This document shows, piece after piece, positions 1 to 9,626 of a stretch of DNA of 64,000 bases; the first letter of the stretch is position 1; every line of letters begins with the position of its first letter. This stretch comes from an uncultured candidate division Zixibacteria bacterium (GTDB lineage Bacteria; Zixibacteria; MSB-5A5; RBG-16-43-9): the NCBI GenBank assembly GCA_963713865.1, contig OY970208.1, forward strand, positions 1,632,001 to 1,696,000. Direction: 5' to 3'. The notes beneath the pieces are model-generated. The model was not told the DNA's origin, ran no database searches, and saw nothing but the letters and a program-made list of their open reading frames with translations. The translations under genes were made by a program, and so were the position numbers.

Positions 1-16
1 TTATACCATTGTAAGC

Positions 17-1441
17 ATGGATGAGATTGGCAAATCCGGGATAGGATCCAGAGAGCTTGAAGTCTTAGCTGGAAAGCCTGTGCCTCCAACTGGTCTGGTA
101 GCTGTTTCTGATAATAAAGAAATTTGTTTAACCTGGAAACCTCATCCTGAAAAAGACATTATAGGATATAAAATTTATCGAAAAGAGGAAAGAAAAGGAT
201 ATGAGTTTATCAAGGGGACAGGTTTATCAGGTCTGGATACTAATTTCTGTGATAAGAATATAGAAGATGGAGTAGTCTATTATTATGCCGTTTCAGCAAT
301 GGATAGAGAGGGCTTGGAAAGTTTTCTTTCAAATAGTGTTAGTGCCTATATAATGGCTTTTGACCAGGGTATTCTCTTAGTGGATATGACTAATCCGGGT
401 GGTAGTATATTTGTTCAGGATGATAGCGTTAATGCTTTTTACAATCGCGCATTACAGGGCTACCCTTTTATTTACTCAAAGCATGATCGATTTTCGATTC
501 AGTATATCCCTCTTAAAGAATTAAGTCCTTATCCTGTTTGTATTATCCATTCAGAAGGGAGATTTGGACCATTTTACAGTAACTTTGATAGTACTCTGGT
601 AAATTTAAGACTCTATTTGAATGCAGGAGGTAAATTAGTTTTAATCGGTAGGAATATAATCATATATCCTTATTCTGAGTGGGTAATCACTAATTCGTTT
701 AGCAAAGGTGATTTTGCTTACGATATTTTGCATCTAAAAAAAATAATTCTACCATTCTGGGCCTGCGGATTGGAGGAATTTATTGGGACTCATTCCACTT
801 TAATATCTGAATTTTCTGATTTAGAGGTTGATACAGCCAGAGTAAACCGGAGTTATCCAAAGAGTTCGTGTGATTTGCAGGGGGAACTTCCTGTGATAGG
901 TTATTTTGTTCCCCTGTATCCGGAAGAAGTGATTTATAGCTTTAATTCAGCTTACGATACATCTGATTTTGAGGGAAAAGCAATAGGGATGAGGTATATC
1001 GGGGACGATTATCAAGTTTATTTCTTTGATTTTCCTTTGTATTATATCAAGGAGGAGCAGTCAATTCCATTATTACACAAGATATTAGAGAAGTTCGGGT
1101 TTTCTCCCACTGAGGTTGGAGAGGAATTTGTAAGTATTCCTGAAGGTTTTTCTCTGGAGCGAAACTACCCCAATCCCTTTAACCCCACCACCACCATACC
1201 CTTCACCGTTTATGGTTCGCAGTTCATAGTTCATAGTCCCGTCCGCACCACCCTCACTATATATAATATACTGGGGCAGAGAGTGAGGACACTGGTAGAT
1301 GAGGATAAATTACCGGGGAGATATGATATCGTCTGGGATGGAAAAGATAATTCAGGGAAAGAAGTAGGAAGCGGGATATATTTCTATCAGTTGAGAACCA
1401 AGGAGTATAATACTTCCAGAAAAATGGTTTTGTTGAGATAA
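17..1441 (+). CDS. Secreted fibronectin type III domain protein with C-terminal FlgD-Ig/T9SS-like domain (probably 5'-truncated by the window edge)
   Basis: FN3 pattern (PPTGL..LTW..IIGYKIYR..YYYAVSAMD); C-terminal NYPNPFNP..IYNILGQ..WDGKD..SGIYFY..KMVLLR; frame is open back to position 2. Confidence 0.75.
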   Translation: MDEIGKSGIGSRELEVLAGKPVPPTGLVAVSDNKEICLTWKPHPEKDIIGYKIYRKEERKGYEFIKGTGLSGLDTNFCDKNIEDGVVYYYAVSAMDREGLESFLSNSVSAYIMAFDQGILLVDMTNPGGSIFVQDDSVNAFYNRALQGYPFIYSKHDRFSIQYIPLKELSPYPVCIIHSEGRFGPFYSNFDSTLVNLRLYLNAGGKLVLIGRNIIIYPYSEWVITNSFSKGDFAYDILHLKKIILPFWACGLEEFIGTHSTLISEFSDLEVDTARVNRSYPKSSCDLQGELPVIGYFVPLYPEEVIYSFNSAYDTSDFEGKAIGMRYIGDDYQVYFFDFPLYYIKEEQSIPLLHKILEKFGFSPTEVGEEFVSIPEGFSLERNYPNPFNPTTTIPFTVYGSQFIVHSPVRTTLTIYNILGQRVRTLVDEDKLPGRYDIVWDGKDNSGKEVGSGIYFYQLRTKEYNTSRKMVLLR

Positions 1442-1623
1442 GATCTCTTCCAAGCTTCTCCCTAAAAGAAGAGGAGAAAACTTAGTCTTTCGATTTATCG
1501 AACCCGGATTGAATATTTTGTTTGGATTTTGGAAGGTTTTAGCGTATAATAGTGAGTGGAAAAATATTAATTCTGGCTTAATTATTCTAAGAGTTGGATT
1601 AAATAAATTTTAAGGAGGAAAAA

Positions 1624-1824
1624 ATGCTTGGAGGAATTGGAGCCCAGGAACTTTTATTAATCCTTTTGGTCCTTTTGCTTCTCTTCGGTGCGAAAAAGAT
1701 ACCGGAGATCGCCAGGGGTTTGGGGAAAAGCGTAAGCGAATTTAAAAAAGGGATGAGAGACCTCGAAAACGAGGTTAAAAAAGAAGAGGAAAATCCAGAG
1801 GAAAAGAAAAAGCTGGCCGGCTAA
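1624..1824 (+). CDS. tatA: Twin-arginine translocase subunit TatA/E
   Basis: [48 protein letters not shown] upstream. Confidence 0.93.
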   Translation: MLGGIGAQELLLILLVLLLLFGAKKIPEIARGLGKSVSEFKKGMRDLENEVKKEEENPEEKKKLAG

Positions 1825-2010
1825 AGAGAGTTTTTGGTGATATTTATTTTTATTGAGCAAGTATCTGATTAGCCTGTTGTTAAAGAGTGACCCACGTTTA
1901 GGGCAACGTGGGTTTATTATTTAGAGCCAATTCGACGGCATGACAGGAATGTCTGACTTGTCATTTTCTCGTAACTTTCTACGTTTCTATCGGACTCTAC
2001 AAATATATAA

Positions 2011-2038
2011 AGAAGGGCAATTCATGAATTACCCCTAC
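2011..2038 (-). repeat. GTAG-type REP-like palindrome
   Basis: Minus strand GTAGGGGTAATTCATGAATTGCCCTTCT, an imperfect inverted repeat with a GTAG head. Confidence 0.7.
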
Positions 2039-2052
2039 TTCCAACAAAAAAA

Positions 2053-2081
2053 TTGACAACTGCCTTTTATTATAATATAAT
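2053..2081 (+). promoter_or_regulatory. Sigma70-type promoter of the fetA-bsh operon
   Basis: TTGACA-17nt-TATAAT exact consensus, 23 nt before the ATG at 2105. Confidence 0.75.
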
Positions 2082-2104
2082 CCAAAAAACTAACCTGCTC
2101 AGTT

Positions 2105-2858
2105 ATGTTAAAATTAGAACTTAAAAAGGTTACCAGAAAAAGGGTAATAAAAAACGGCAACACGCTCAAAGATATGGAAGTACTAAAAGGAATAGACTTG
2201 TCTATTGAGCCAGAGGAGATCTGTACCATTCTGGGACCTTCAGGGAGTGGGAAAAGTACCCTGCTCCGCCTTATAAACCGGCTGGAGGAGGCTTCATCTG
2301 GTTCTATTCTTTTGGACGGCATAGATATAAGGGAGCTTAAGGTTCTTGATTTACGTCGAAGGGTTAGTTTGGTGTTTCAAGTGCCGGTTATGTTTGAAGG
2401 GGATGTTAAAAATAATCTTTTATTCGGACTGAAGATTAAAAATGAAAGTGAAACTGTGGAGTTAGAGAAATGCCTTGAGTTAGTTGGTTCTGGAATCAAA
2501 TTTTCTAAAAAGGGACTCAGCCGAGCTGTCAAGCGGGGAAAAACAGAGAGTATCCTTAGCCCGGACTTTGATCCACAACCCCGAAGTCTTACTTTTAGAT
2601 GAGCCAACTTCAGCCTTAGACCCTACTGCCACGCTTCAGATTGAAAAGCTGATTAAAGATCTAAACCATGTATTGAAACTAACAGTAGTTTTTGTAACTC
2701 ACAATTTAAGCCAGGCTTTAAGATTAGGACACAAATGTGCCATTATAGTAAATGGAGAGAAAATAGAGGAGGGAAAAGCAGAGGTAGTTTTAAATAATCC
2801 AGAAAATTTGCTGACTCAGAAATTTATAAAAGGGGAGCTTGTAAAGGAGGAAAATTGA
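2105..2858 (+). CDS. fetA: ABC transporter ATP-binding protein (FetA/YbbL-like), split by a +1 frameshift near 2489
   Basis: Walker A GPSGSGKS in ORF 2105-2602; LSSGEKQR signature and LLLDEPT Walker B in ORF 2484-2858; removing one T from GGTTCTG joins them. Confidence 0.75.
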
Positions 2859-3610
2859 CAGGGAATATCGGCGAACTTTTTTTAGCCTTAATCCTGGTAG
2901 GTATCTCCATAGGAATATCTTATTATAAAAAAATCAATTTAGAGAAAGATCTCCTTATCGGAACGATTCGCTCTTTTGTCCAACTCATAGCCATAGGGTA
3001 TGCCTTAGAATTAGTTTTTAATCTTAATAAGCTCTGGTTGATCTTGTTAGTTATCCTGATTATGGTTTTAGTAGGTGGACAGACTGCCGGGTCAAGATCC
3101 AAGGGTAGCTTAAAGGGATTCAGCATCTCCACTTTTTCTATCGGAATTGGAGCTTTCTTTACCTTAGGATTACTGCTCATCTTAGGAATTATAACTACCG
3201 ATCCAAAATATGTTATACCTTTGGCTGGTATGACCATAGGAAATTCGATGAATGCTTCAGCTTTGGCTTTGGAAAGAATTCATTCAGAGATGAAAAATAA
3301 AAAAGACCAGATAGAACAAGCTCTATCTTTAGGTGTTACCTCCACTCAGGCAGTAGAGGGTTCGTTTAAAGCTACAGTCAAGGCGGCGATGATACCGACT
3401 TTGAACTTAATGAAGGTTGTAGGCTTGGTTCAGCTACCGGGAGCGATGACCGGGATGATCTTAGCAGGTGCCAGCCCGCTTGAAGCGGTAAAGCTTCAGA
3501 TCATAGTGGTCTATATGCTTATCTGTGCAGTAAGCATAACCGCAGTAATTACTGCCAGATTATCTCAGAATACTTATTTTACCAAATATCATCAACTGGT
3601 CGTTTCATAG
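2855..3610 (+). CDS. fetB: ABC transporter permease FetB/YbbM (UPF0014)
   Basis: RSFVQLIAIGY, IPLAGMTIGNSM, GLVQLPGAMTGMILAGASPLEAVKLQ. Confidence 0.88.
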   Translation: MTGNIGELFLALILVGISIGISYYKKINLEKDLLIGTIRSFVQLIAIGYALELVFNLNKLWLILLVILIMVLVGGQTAGSRSKGSLKGFSISTFSIGIGAFFTLGLLLILGIITTDPKYVIPLAGMTIGNSMNASALALERIHSEMKNKKDQIEQALSLGVTSTQAVEGSFKATVKAAMIPTLNLMKVVGLVQLPGAMTGMILAGASPLEAVKLQIIVVYMLICAVSITAVITARLSQNTYFTKYHQLVVS

Positions 3611-3617
3611 GGTAAGA

Positions 3618-4334
3618 ATGTTAAATAAATCAAACAACATAAAAATCTTATCAAATCTCTTAGAGAAAGAGTATGGCAGAAAATATTTAAGACCATCATT
3701 TGACCCTTTGTCAGAGCTTATTGCGACTATCCTTTCTCAGAACACCTCAGATCATAACAGCCACAGGGCTTTTAGAAATTTAAAGAGTAGCTTCAAAAAC
3801 TGGGAAGAGCTTAAGGATGCCCCTTTAAAAAAGGTTGTGCAGAGTATAAAAACCGGAGGGCTGGAAAAAATCAAAGCGATAAGGATAAAAAAGATTCTGG
3901 TTCAAATCTATAAAGAAAGAGGGAATTTTGACCTTTCTTTTCTAAAGGAATGGAGGACTGAGGAGATAAGGAAATATCTGAATAAATTCAAAGGAGTCGG
4001 AGACAAGACGGCTGCCTGTGTATTGCTCTTCTCCTTAGGACGGCCAGTCTTGCCAGTTGATACTCACATCTTGAGGGTGAGCAAAAGGCTTGGCTTGCTC
4101 CCTCCAAAAAGCGATTCGAAAAAAGCACACCAGATTTTGCAGAAACTAATTCCTCCGAATCTGGTTTATCCTTTTCATCTGAATCTGATAGAACATGGTA
4201 GAAAAATCTGCAAAGCCAGAATTCCTTTATGCGGTGATTGTGTTCTTTTAAAGATATGTAAATTCAAAGAAAAACCTAAATATATCCAAAAAAGGAGTCA
4301 AGATGCCAAAAGTGAACCTTTTAAAAGAGGGTAA
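3618..4334 (+). CDS. nth: Endonuclease III family HhH-GPD DNA glycosylase
   Basis: ILSQNTSD, GVGDKTA HhH, PVDTH, C-x6-C-x2-C-x5-C Fe-S motif. Confidence 0.85.
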   Translation: MLNKSNNIKILSNLLEKEYGRKYLRPSFDPLSELIATILSQNTSDHNSHRAFRNLKSSFKNWEELKDAPLKKVVQSIKTGGLEKIKAIRIKKILVQIYKERGNFDLSFLKEWRTEEIRKYLNKFKGVGDKTAACVLLFSLGRPVLPVDTHILRVSKRLGLLPPKSDSKKAHQILQKLIPPNLVYPFHLNLIEHGRKICKARIPLCGDCVLLKICKFKEKPKYIQKRSQDAKSEPFKRG

Positions 4335-4623
4335 AAAGGTGAAGGACCCTTTTAAGCCGGTGCCAATAAGCCGGGTGGGAGATGCTAATATCTTACTCTC
4401 AGTAATCAAGGGTGAATATAAAAAGCACAACCATCCCTATGACGAGTTCTTTTATGTTTTAGACGGAAAAATCGAGCTGGAGTTTGATAAGGATAAACTG
4501 GTTTTGAAAAAAGGGGAAGGGATACTGGTGAAAAAAGGACAATGGCATAAATCCAGGTCCAGAGGGAGATCGATAGTAATGCTCTTCGAGAGAAGCGGTA
4601 TGGAAAGTCAGTTTGTGGATTGA
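4303..4623 (+). CDS. Cupin domain protein
   Basis: HNHPYDEFFYVLDG and VKKGQWH cupin motifs. Confidence 0.8.
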   Translation: MPKVNLLKEGKKVKDPFKPVPISRVGDANILLSVIKGEYKKHNHPYDEFFYVLDGKIELEFDKDKLVLKKGEGILVKKGQWHKSRSRGRSIVMLFERSGMESQFVD

Positions 4624-4627
4624 AGAT

Positions 4628-6253
4628 ATGCAAGTAGATTTCAGAAAAATACCTGGTACTTACAAGCTCTTCTCTGATTTTCTCTACGATTTTCAAAAAG
4701 TAGAGAAATTCTATGCGGGTGATTTTCGTAAAGACAAGAATTATTTAAGGATTTTCAAATCGATAAAAGATAGAAAACATCAGAGAGAATATCTATCTTC
4801 CATCCTCAGGAAGCAGAATCAAATATTTGGTTCGGGGAGTGAAGCTTTTAAGAATATTGAGCTTCTCCAGAAACCAGATTCGCTGGTAGTATTTACCGGT
4901 CAGCAGGTAGGACTTTTTGGCGGTCCTTTATATACTATTTATAAGGCAATCACCACTCTTAAATTAGCTCAAGCATTATCTTTCAGGTTCTCCAGACCCT
5001 TTGTGCCTCTTTTCTGGTTAGATTCGGAAGATCACGATTTTGAAGAGGTCAGGTCAACTTGTATCGTAGATAAAGAGAATCAGATTCAGGAGATCAAATA
5101 TTCTCCAGCAAAAGTTTCTTCGGGTAGTCCAATGTATCAGGTTGTTTTGGAGGAGGAGATCACTTCTTGTGTAGAGTTACTCAAATCTTCTCTTTATCCT
5201 AGCGAATTTAAGGATAAAGTAACCCAGAAACTTGATGAATTCTATGTCAAAGGAGAAACAATCTCAAATTCTTTTGCAAAATGGATAGCTACTCTTTTAG
5301 GTAAATACGGGCTGGTTATAGTTGATCCCGGGGATAAAGAGCTTAAAGAGTTGGCTGTAGAATTATTCTTGAAAGAAATTAAAAATCCCAGTAAGTCTAT
5401 TAAGCTGGTAAAAGAAACTGGAGAAAAATTAGAATCTTCAGGGTATCATCAGCAGGTGATTAAACCCGGGGAGATAATAAACCTTTTCTTAGAGGTGGAG
5501 GGAAGAAGGTCTTCCTTGAAATGGAGTGGTGACCTGATAGAGGTAGAAGGGTCTGATAGAAAAATAACCATAGAAGAGTTTATGCATATAATAGAAAATG
5601 AACCTCAAAGGCTCAGCCCGAATGTTCTTCTATTACCTCTGGTGAGGAGTCATCTTTTTCCTACCGCAGTATATATCGGTGGTCCAGGTGAGATCAGCTA
5701 TTATGCTCAGCTGAAATCTGTTTTTGAATTTTACGATATTCCGATGCCTGTGGTTTATCCTCGAGCCAGTTTGAGTTTAATAGAGGATAAAGTTAAACAG
5801 GTATTTCAAAAATATTCTTTTTCTTTTATCGATTTATTCCAGGATCCAGAGATATTGATAAGTTCCATATTGAAAGAGAAATTTCCAAATCCTTTGGATA
5901 AAAAATTGGAAGAGAAAATAACGAAAATAAAAGATCTCTTGAATAGCTTAGAGGAAGAGCTTATAGTTGACGAGCCGGATTTAAAATCCAACATCGAGAA
6001 TACCCGAGGAAAAATAGATTATGAGCTGAAAAGATTAGGAGAAAAACTTTTTCAAATACACCGGCAGAAAAACCAGCTCTTAAAAGGGCAGATTTATAAA
6101 GCCAAGAATAATCTTTTACCGGGGAATAAGCTTCAGGAAAGGGTTTTAAACCTTCTGCCTTTCTTGGTAAAATATGGATTTGAATTCGTAGATATTTTAT
6201 ATCAAAAAACGGAGATCGAAAAGATCGATCATCAACTCTTGGAGGTAGGGTAG
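4628..6253 (+). CDS. bshC: Bacillithiol biosynthesis cysteine-adding enzyme BshC
   Basis: TGQQVGLFGGPLYTIYKA, SEDHDFEE, SPNV, GGPGEISY, LQERVLN; next to bshA and bshB1. Confidence 0.93.
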   Translation: MQVDFRKIPGTYKLFSDFLYDFQKVEKFYAGDFRKDKNYLRIFKSIKDRKHQREYLSSILRKQNQIFGSGSEAFKNIELLQKPDSLVVFTGQQVGLFGGPLYTIYKAITTLKLAQALSFRFSRPFVPLFWLDSEDHDFEEVRSTCIVDKENQIQEIKYSPAKVSSGSPMYQVVLEEEITSCVELLKSSLYPSEFKDKVTQKLDEFYVKGETISNSFAKWIATLLGKYGLVIVDPGDKELKELAVELFLKEIKNPSKSIKLVKETGEKLESSGYHQQVIKPGEIINLFLEVEGRRSSLKWSGDLIEVEGSDRKITIEEFMHIIENEPQRLSPNVLLLPLVRSHLFPTAVYIGGPGEISYYAQLKSVFEFYDIPMPVVYPRASLSLIEDKVKQVFQKYSFSFIDLFQDPEILISSILKEKFPNPLDKKLEEKITKIKDLLNSLEEELIVDEPDLKSNIENTRGKIDYELKRLGEKLFQIHRQKNQLLKGQIYKAKNNLLPGNKLQERVLNLLPFLVKYGFEFVDILYQKTEIEKIDHQLLEVG

Positions 6254-6257
6254 CTTA

Positions 6258-7382
6258 ATGAGAATAGGCGTTACCTGTTATCCGGTACCAGGCGGTAGCG
6301 GAGTGGTTGCCACTGAATTAGGGATAGAAATGGCGAAAAGGGGACATCAGGTCCATTTCATCACCTATTCCCCACCTTTCAGATTGCAGAGATTCATCGA
6401 AAACCTTTTCTATCATCAGGTAGAGGTTACGAATTATCCTCTTTTCAAATTCCCTCCCTATACCCTGAGCTTAGCCTGTAAAATGGCAGAAATTGCCGAA
6501 CTCTGGTCCTTAGACCTCTTGCACGTGCATTACGCTATACCTCACGCAACCGCAGCCTACTTAGCCAAAAGCATTCTGAAAGAGCATAGTCCAAAAGTAA
6601 TAACTACTCTGCATGGCACAGACATAACTTTAGTTGGCACGGACAAATCTTTTTGCGGAATCACCAGGTTCAGCATCGAGGAAAGTGACGGAATTACTGC
6701 GGTTTCTGATTTCTTGAAAAAAAGAACCGAGCAAGAATTCGGTCTAAAAAAAGAAATTGAGATGATTCCAAACTTTGTGGATACAGAAAGGTTCGCTCAG
6801 AAAAAAGATAGGTCTCAAAGAAGACACTTTGCTGAAGATAATGAAAAAATCCTGATGCATATTTCTAATTTCCGACCGGTGAAAAGGGTTGAGGATATCA
6901 TTAAGATATTTCATAGAATTAATAAGAAGATTCCCTCTAAACTGGTATTGATAGGTGATGGTCCTGATTTGAGCAAAGCTTTGCTCCTGGCAAAAGAATT
7001 TGGAATAGAGGATCGAGTTATCTCCTTAGGAGGGCAGAATTTTGTAGAAAATCTTTTACCTGTAGCTGACCTTTTCCTTCTGCCCAGCGACCAGGAGAGC
7101 TTTGGTCTTGTGGCTTTAGAAGCAATGAGCTGTGGCGTTCCGGTTATCGGTACCAGGAGTGGAGGTTTACCAGAAGTAGTCCTGGATGGAGAGAATGGTT
7201 TTTTAGGATCCTTAGGCAATGTTGATGTTATGGCAGAAAAAGGGATTGAATTGCTATCAGATGAAAATAGATTGAATAAATTTAGAGAAAACTGCAGAAA
7301 AAGAGCAGTAGAGAAATTCGATTCAAAGTTGATTGTACCGAGGTATGAGAAATACTATGAAAAAATAGTAAACAGTAAGTAG
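6258..7382 (+). CDS. bshA: N-acetyl-alpha-D-glucosaminyl L-malate synthase BshA
   Basis: CYP..GGSGVVATELG, HVHYAIPHA, TTLHGTDITLVG, HISNFRPVKR, ESFGLVALEAM. Confidence 0.95.
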   Translation: MRIGVTCYPVPGGSGVVATELGIEMAKRGHQVHFITYSPPFRLQRFIENLFYHQVEVTNYPLFKFPPYTLSLACKMAEIAELWSLDLLHVHYAIPHATAAYLAKSILKEHSPKVITTLHGTDITLVGTDKSFCGITRFSIEESDGITAVSDFLKKRTEQEFGLKKEIEMIPNFVDTERFAQKKDRSQRRHFAEDNEKILMHISNFRPVKRVEDIIKIFHRINKKIPSKLVLIGDGPDLSKALLLAKEFGIEDRVISLGGQNFVENLLPVADLFLLPSDQESFGLVALEAMSCGVPVIGTRSGGLPEVVLDGENGFLGSLGNVDVMAEKGIELLSDENRLNKFRENCRKRAVEKFDSKLIVPRYEKYYEKIVNSK

Positions 7383-7441
7383 TAGATAGTAGACAGGGGA
7401 AAAGATTTTTCCTGTATGCTGTCTACTGTTTACTATCTACT
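7367..7441. repeat. Inverted pair of heptamer tandem arrays
   Basis: AGTAAAC AGTAAGT AGTAGAT AGTAGAC ... GTATGCT GTCTACT GTTTACT ATCTACT; contains the bshA stop codon. Confidence 0.8.
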
Positions 7442-7459
7442 TTTGAAAAGGAGGTTGGA

Positions 7460-8173
7460 TTGAAATTAGATGTTTTAGCGATTTTCGCTCATAGGGATGA
7501 TGCGGAGATCACCTGCGGAGGGACTCTTATTAAATTAGTCGAGTTCGGATATAATGTTGGAATTGTTGACCTGACTCAAGGGGAGATGGGAACCAGGGGC
7601 TCAGCCAGGTTGAGAGGGATTGAAGCTAAATGTGCGGCTAAACTGATGGGAGTGAAAATCAGAGAAAATCTTAAAATTCCTGATTCCAAAGTTGAGCCAA
7701 CCTGGGAAAATAAACTAAAACTTGTTCGGGTAATAAGAAAATATAAACCTCATATAGTTATTTTGCCCTACTGGGAACAAAGACATCCTGACCATGCTAA
7801 CTGCTCTAAATTAGGTTATGATGCCTGTTATCTTTCAGGCTTAGCAAAACTAAAAGTCCCTGGAGAGCCTCACCGGCCTTATAAGATAATCTACTCGACT
7901 TCCTTTAGAGAGAAACTTGAACATTCCTTCATTGTAGACATAACCAACCAGCTTGAAAAGAAAATCGAAGCGGTAAAATGTTACCGTTCGCAATTTAAGG
8001 GTATGAAGAAGCGAAAAGATGTTTTTGTGCCAGGGATTGACGTCTTCGATTTTATGAGAATTAAAGCGGCTCATTATGGCACCCTGATTGGTAAAAGATA
8101 TGGCGAAGCATTTATGATTAAGGAGATTTTTGTAGTCGAAGACCCAATGAAGCTTCTGGGAAGATCGATTTAG
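7460..8173 (+). CDS. bshB1: Bacillithiol biosynthesis deacetylase BshB1 (PIG-L family)
   Basis: AHRDDAEITCGG, DLTQGEMGTRG, RHPDH; TTG start after an AGGAGG RBS. Confidence 0.92.
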   Translation: MKLDVLAIFAHRDDAEITCGGTLIKLVEFGYNVGIVDLTQGEMGTRGSARLRGIEAKCAAKLMGVKIRENLKIPDSKVEPTWENKLKLVRVIRKYKPHIVILPYWEQRHPDHANCSKLGYDACYLSGLAKLKVPGEPHRPYKIIYSTSFREKLEHSFIVDITNQLEKKIEAVKCYRSQFKGMKKRKDVFVPGIDVFDFMRIKAAHYGTLIGKRYGEAFMIKEIFVVEDPMKLLGRSI

Positions 8174-8181
8174 TTTTTTTT

Positions 8182-8287
8182 GTAGGGACAGAACATTGTT
8201 CTGTCCTCCATAACCGAGAACCTCTCCCTGATCCCTCATTGGAAGGGAGAGGTAATAAAATTGTAGCGTCGGGCTTTATGCCCGACG
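8182..8287 (+). repeat. Cluster of three REP-like palindromes
   Basis: GTAGGGACAGAACATTGTTCTGTCC; CCTCTCCC..GGGAGAGG; GTAGCGTCGGGCTTTATGCCCGACG, which recurs at 13140, 33406 and 63591. Confidence 0.8.
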
Positions 8288-8317
8288 TTTCTGTCTTCTT
8301 GTTTAGCCATAATTTTC

Positions 8318-8346
8318 TTGCAAATATAATCTGAAAATTTTATATT
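8318..8346 (+). promoter_or_regulatory. Putative sigma70 promoter for selC-selDAB
   Basis: TTGCAA-17nt-TATATT ending 11 nt before tRNA-Sec. Confidence 0.55.
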
Positions 8347-8357
8347 GATTTCAGATC

Positions 8358-8453
8358 GGAAGAGGATGGGATCTGGTGGTCCTCGCGGACTTCAAATCCG
8401 TCGTTCCTGACCAAAAATCGGGTTGGTGGGTTCGATTCCCACCCCTTCCGCCA
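8358..8453 (+). tRNA. selC: tRNA-Sec (anticodon TCA)
   Basis: GGAAG start, 6-bp D stem with 4-nt loop, CTTCAAA anticodon loop, long variable arm, TTCGATT T loop, GCCA end; directly upstream of selD. Confidence 0.95.
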
Positions 8454-8573
8454 ATTTTGAAGTAAGAAATTTATTCTGTGATCGTCGTCCACCTCAGGCG
8501 GACTGACCCGACGGGAAGATTGCCAGGTCAGTCCCTCCCTTGGCGGGATGGCAAGCACAAACTTCTTGAGGAT

Positions 8574-9626
8574 ATGGAGCAAAAACAAAAAATAAGACTG
8601 ACGACACTGGCTTCAAGTTCTGGCTGAGCGGCAAAGTGTAGTCCTCAGGACTTGACGCAGGTTCTGCGTCACTTGCCAAAGATAAAAAACAATAGAGTGC
8701 TGGTTGGTTATAACAGCGTGGATGATGCTGGAGTGTATAAACTGAGTAAAGATTTAGCTCTGGTGCAGACTGTAGATTTTTTCCCTCCCGTAGTAGATGA
8801 TCCTTATGACTATGGTGCTATATCCGCAGCCAATGCCTTGAGCGACATTTATGCTATGGGCGGAAAACCAATCTCAGCTTTAAATATCGTAGGATATCCA
8901 AAAGAACTAATGCCTTTGTCTGCCTTAGAAGAAGTCTTGAGAGGAGGGGCAGATAAAGCTAAAGAAGCCGGGATACCTATTATCGGAGGACATACTCTAA
9001 AAACTAAGGAGCCTATGTATGGGCTTTCGGTAAATGGGATAATTCATCCAGATAAAATTGTTACCAATGCCGGAGCAAAACCTGGTGATATGCTCATCCT
9101 GACTAAACCCTTAGGAATCGGGATTATTACCACCGCTATTAAAAAGGGCATTGCTCCGCCAAAAGTGGAAAAAGAAGCTGTGAAGATAATGAGCCAACTG
9201 AATAAAACCGCTTCTGAGGTAATGCTTGAATTCAGAGTAAAAGCCTGCACCGATATAACCGGCTACGGATTTTTAGGTCATCTCTGCGAGATAACATCTG
9301 CTTCTGGAAACGGGGCAAAAGTTTATTTATCCAAAATACCCGTACTTGAGTATGCCTGGAAGTTGGTTGAACAAAATATAATTCCTGGAGGGACTCTCTC
9401 TAACCGTAATTTTATGGAAGATAAAGTTCTCTGGGGGAAAGATATCTGCGAAGAGGCAAAACTTGTTCTGTGCGATGCACAAACCTCTGGAGGCCTACTG
9501 ATTAGCATTTCAAAGAATAAAGTTTCTAAACTTTTAAACTCTTTGAGAAAAAAAGGGGTTAAAAATTCCTCCATCGTGGGTGAAATTATCAAAGATAGAA
9601 AATGCAAGATAAAAGTAGAGTGGTAA
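8574..9626 (+). CDS. selD: Selenide, water dikinase SelD, selenoprotein (UGA at 8625-8627 read as Sec)
   Basis: ATG 8574 gives MEQKQKIRLTTLASSSG-U-AAKCSPQDL in frame with ORF 8652; DDAGVY, QTVDFF, ANALSDIYAMGG, DAQTSGGLL. Confidence 0.93.
8630..8677 (+). promoter_or_regulatory. SECIS element in selD
   Basis: Hairpin TGACGCAG-GTT-CTGCGTCA (8653-8671), side hairpin AGTCC/GGACT and closing stem GGCAA/TTGCC just 3' of the UGA. Confidence 0.75.

Noticed and set aside
8470-8560. SECIS-like regulatory leader upstream of selD
   Set aside because: The hairpins are explained as nested copies of repeats found near 16155 and 13272
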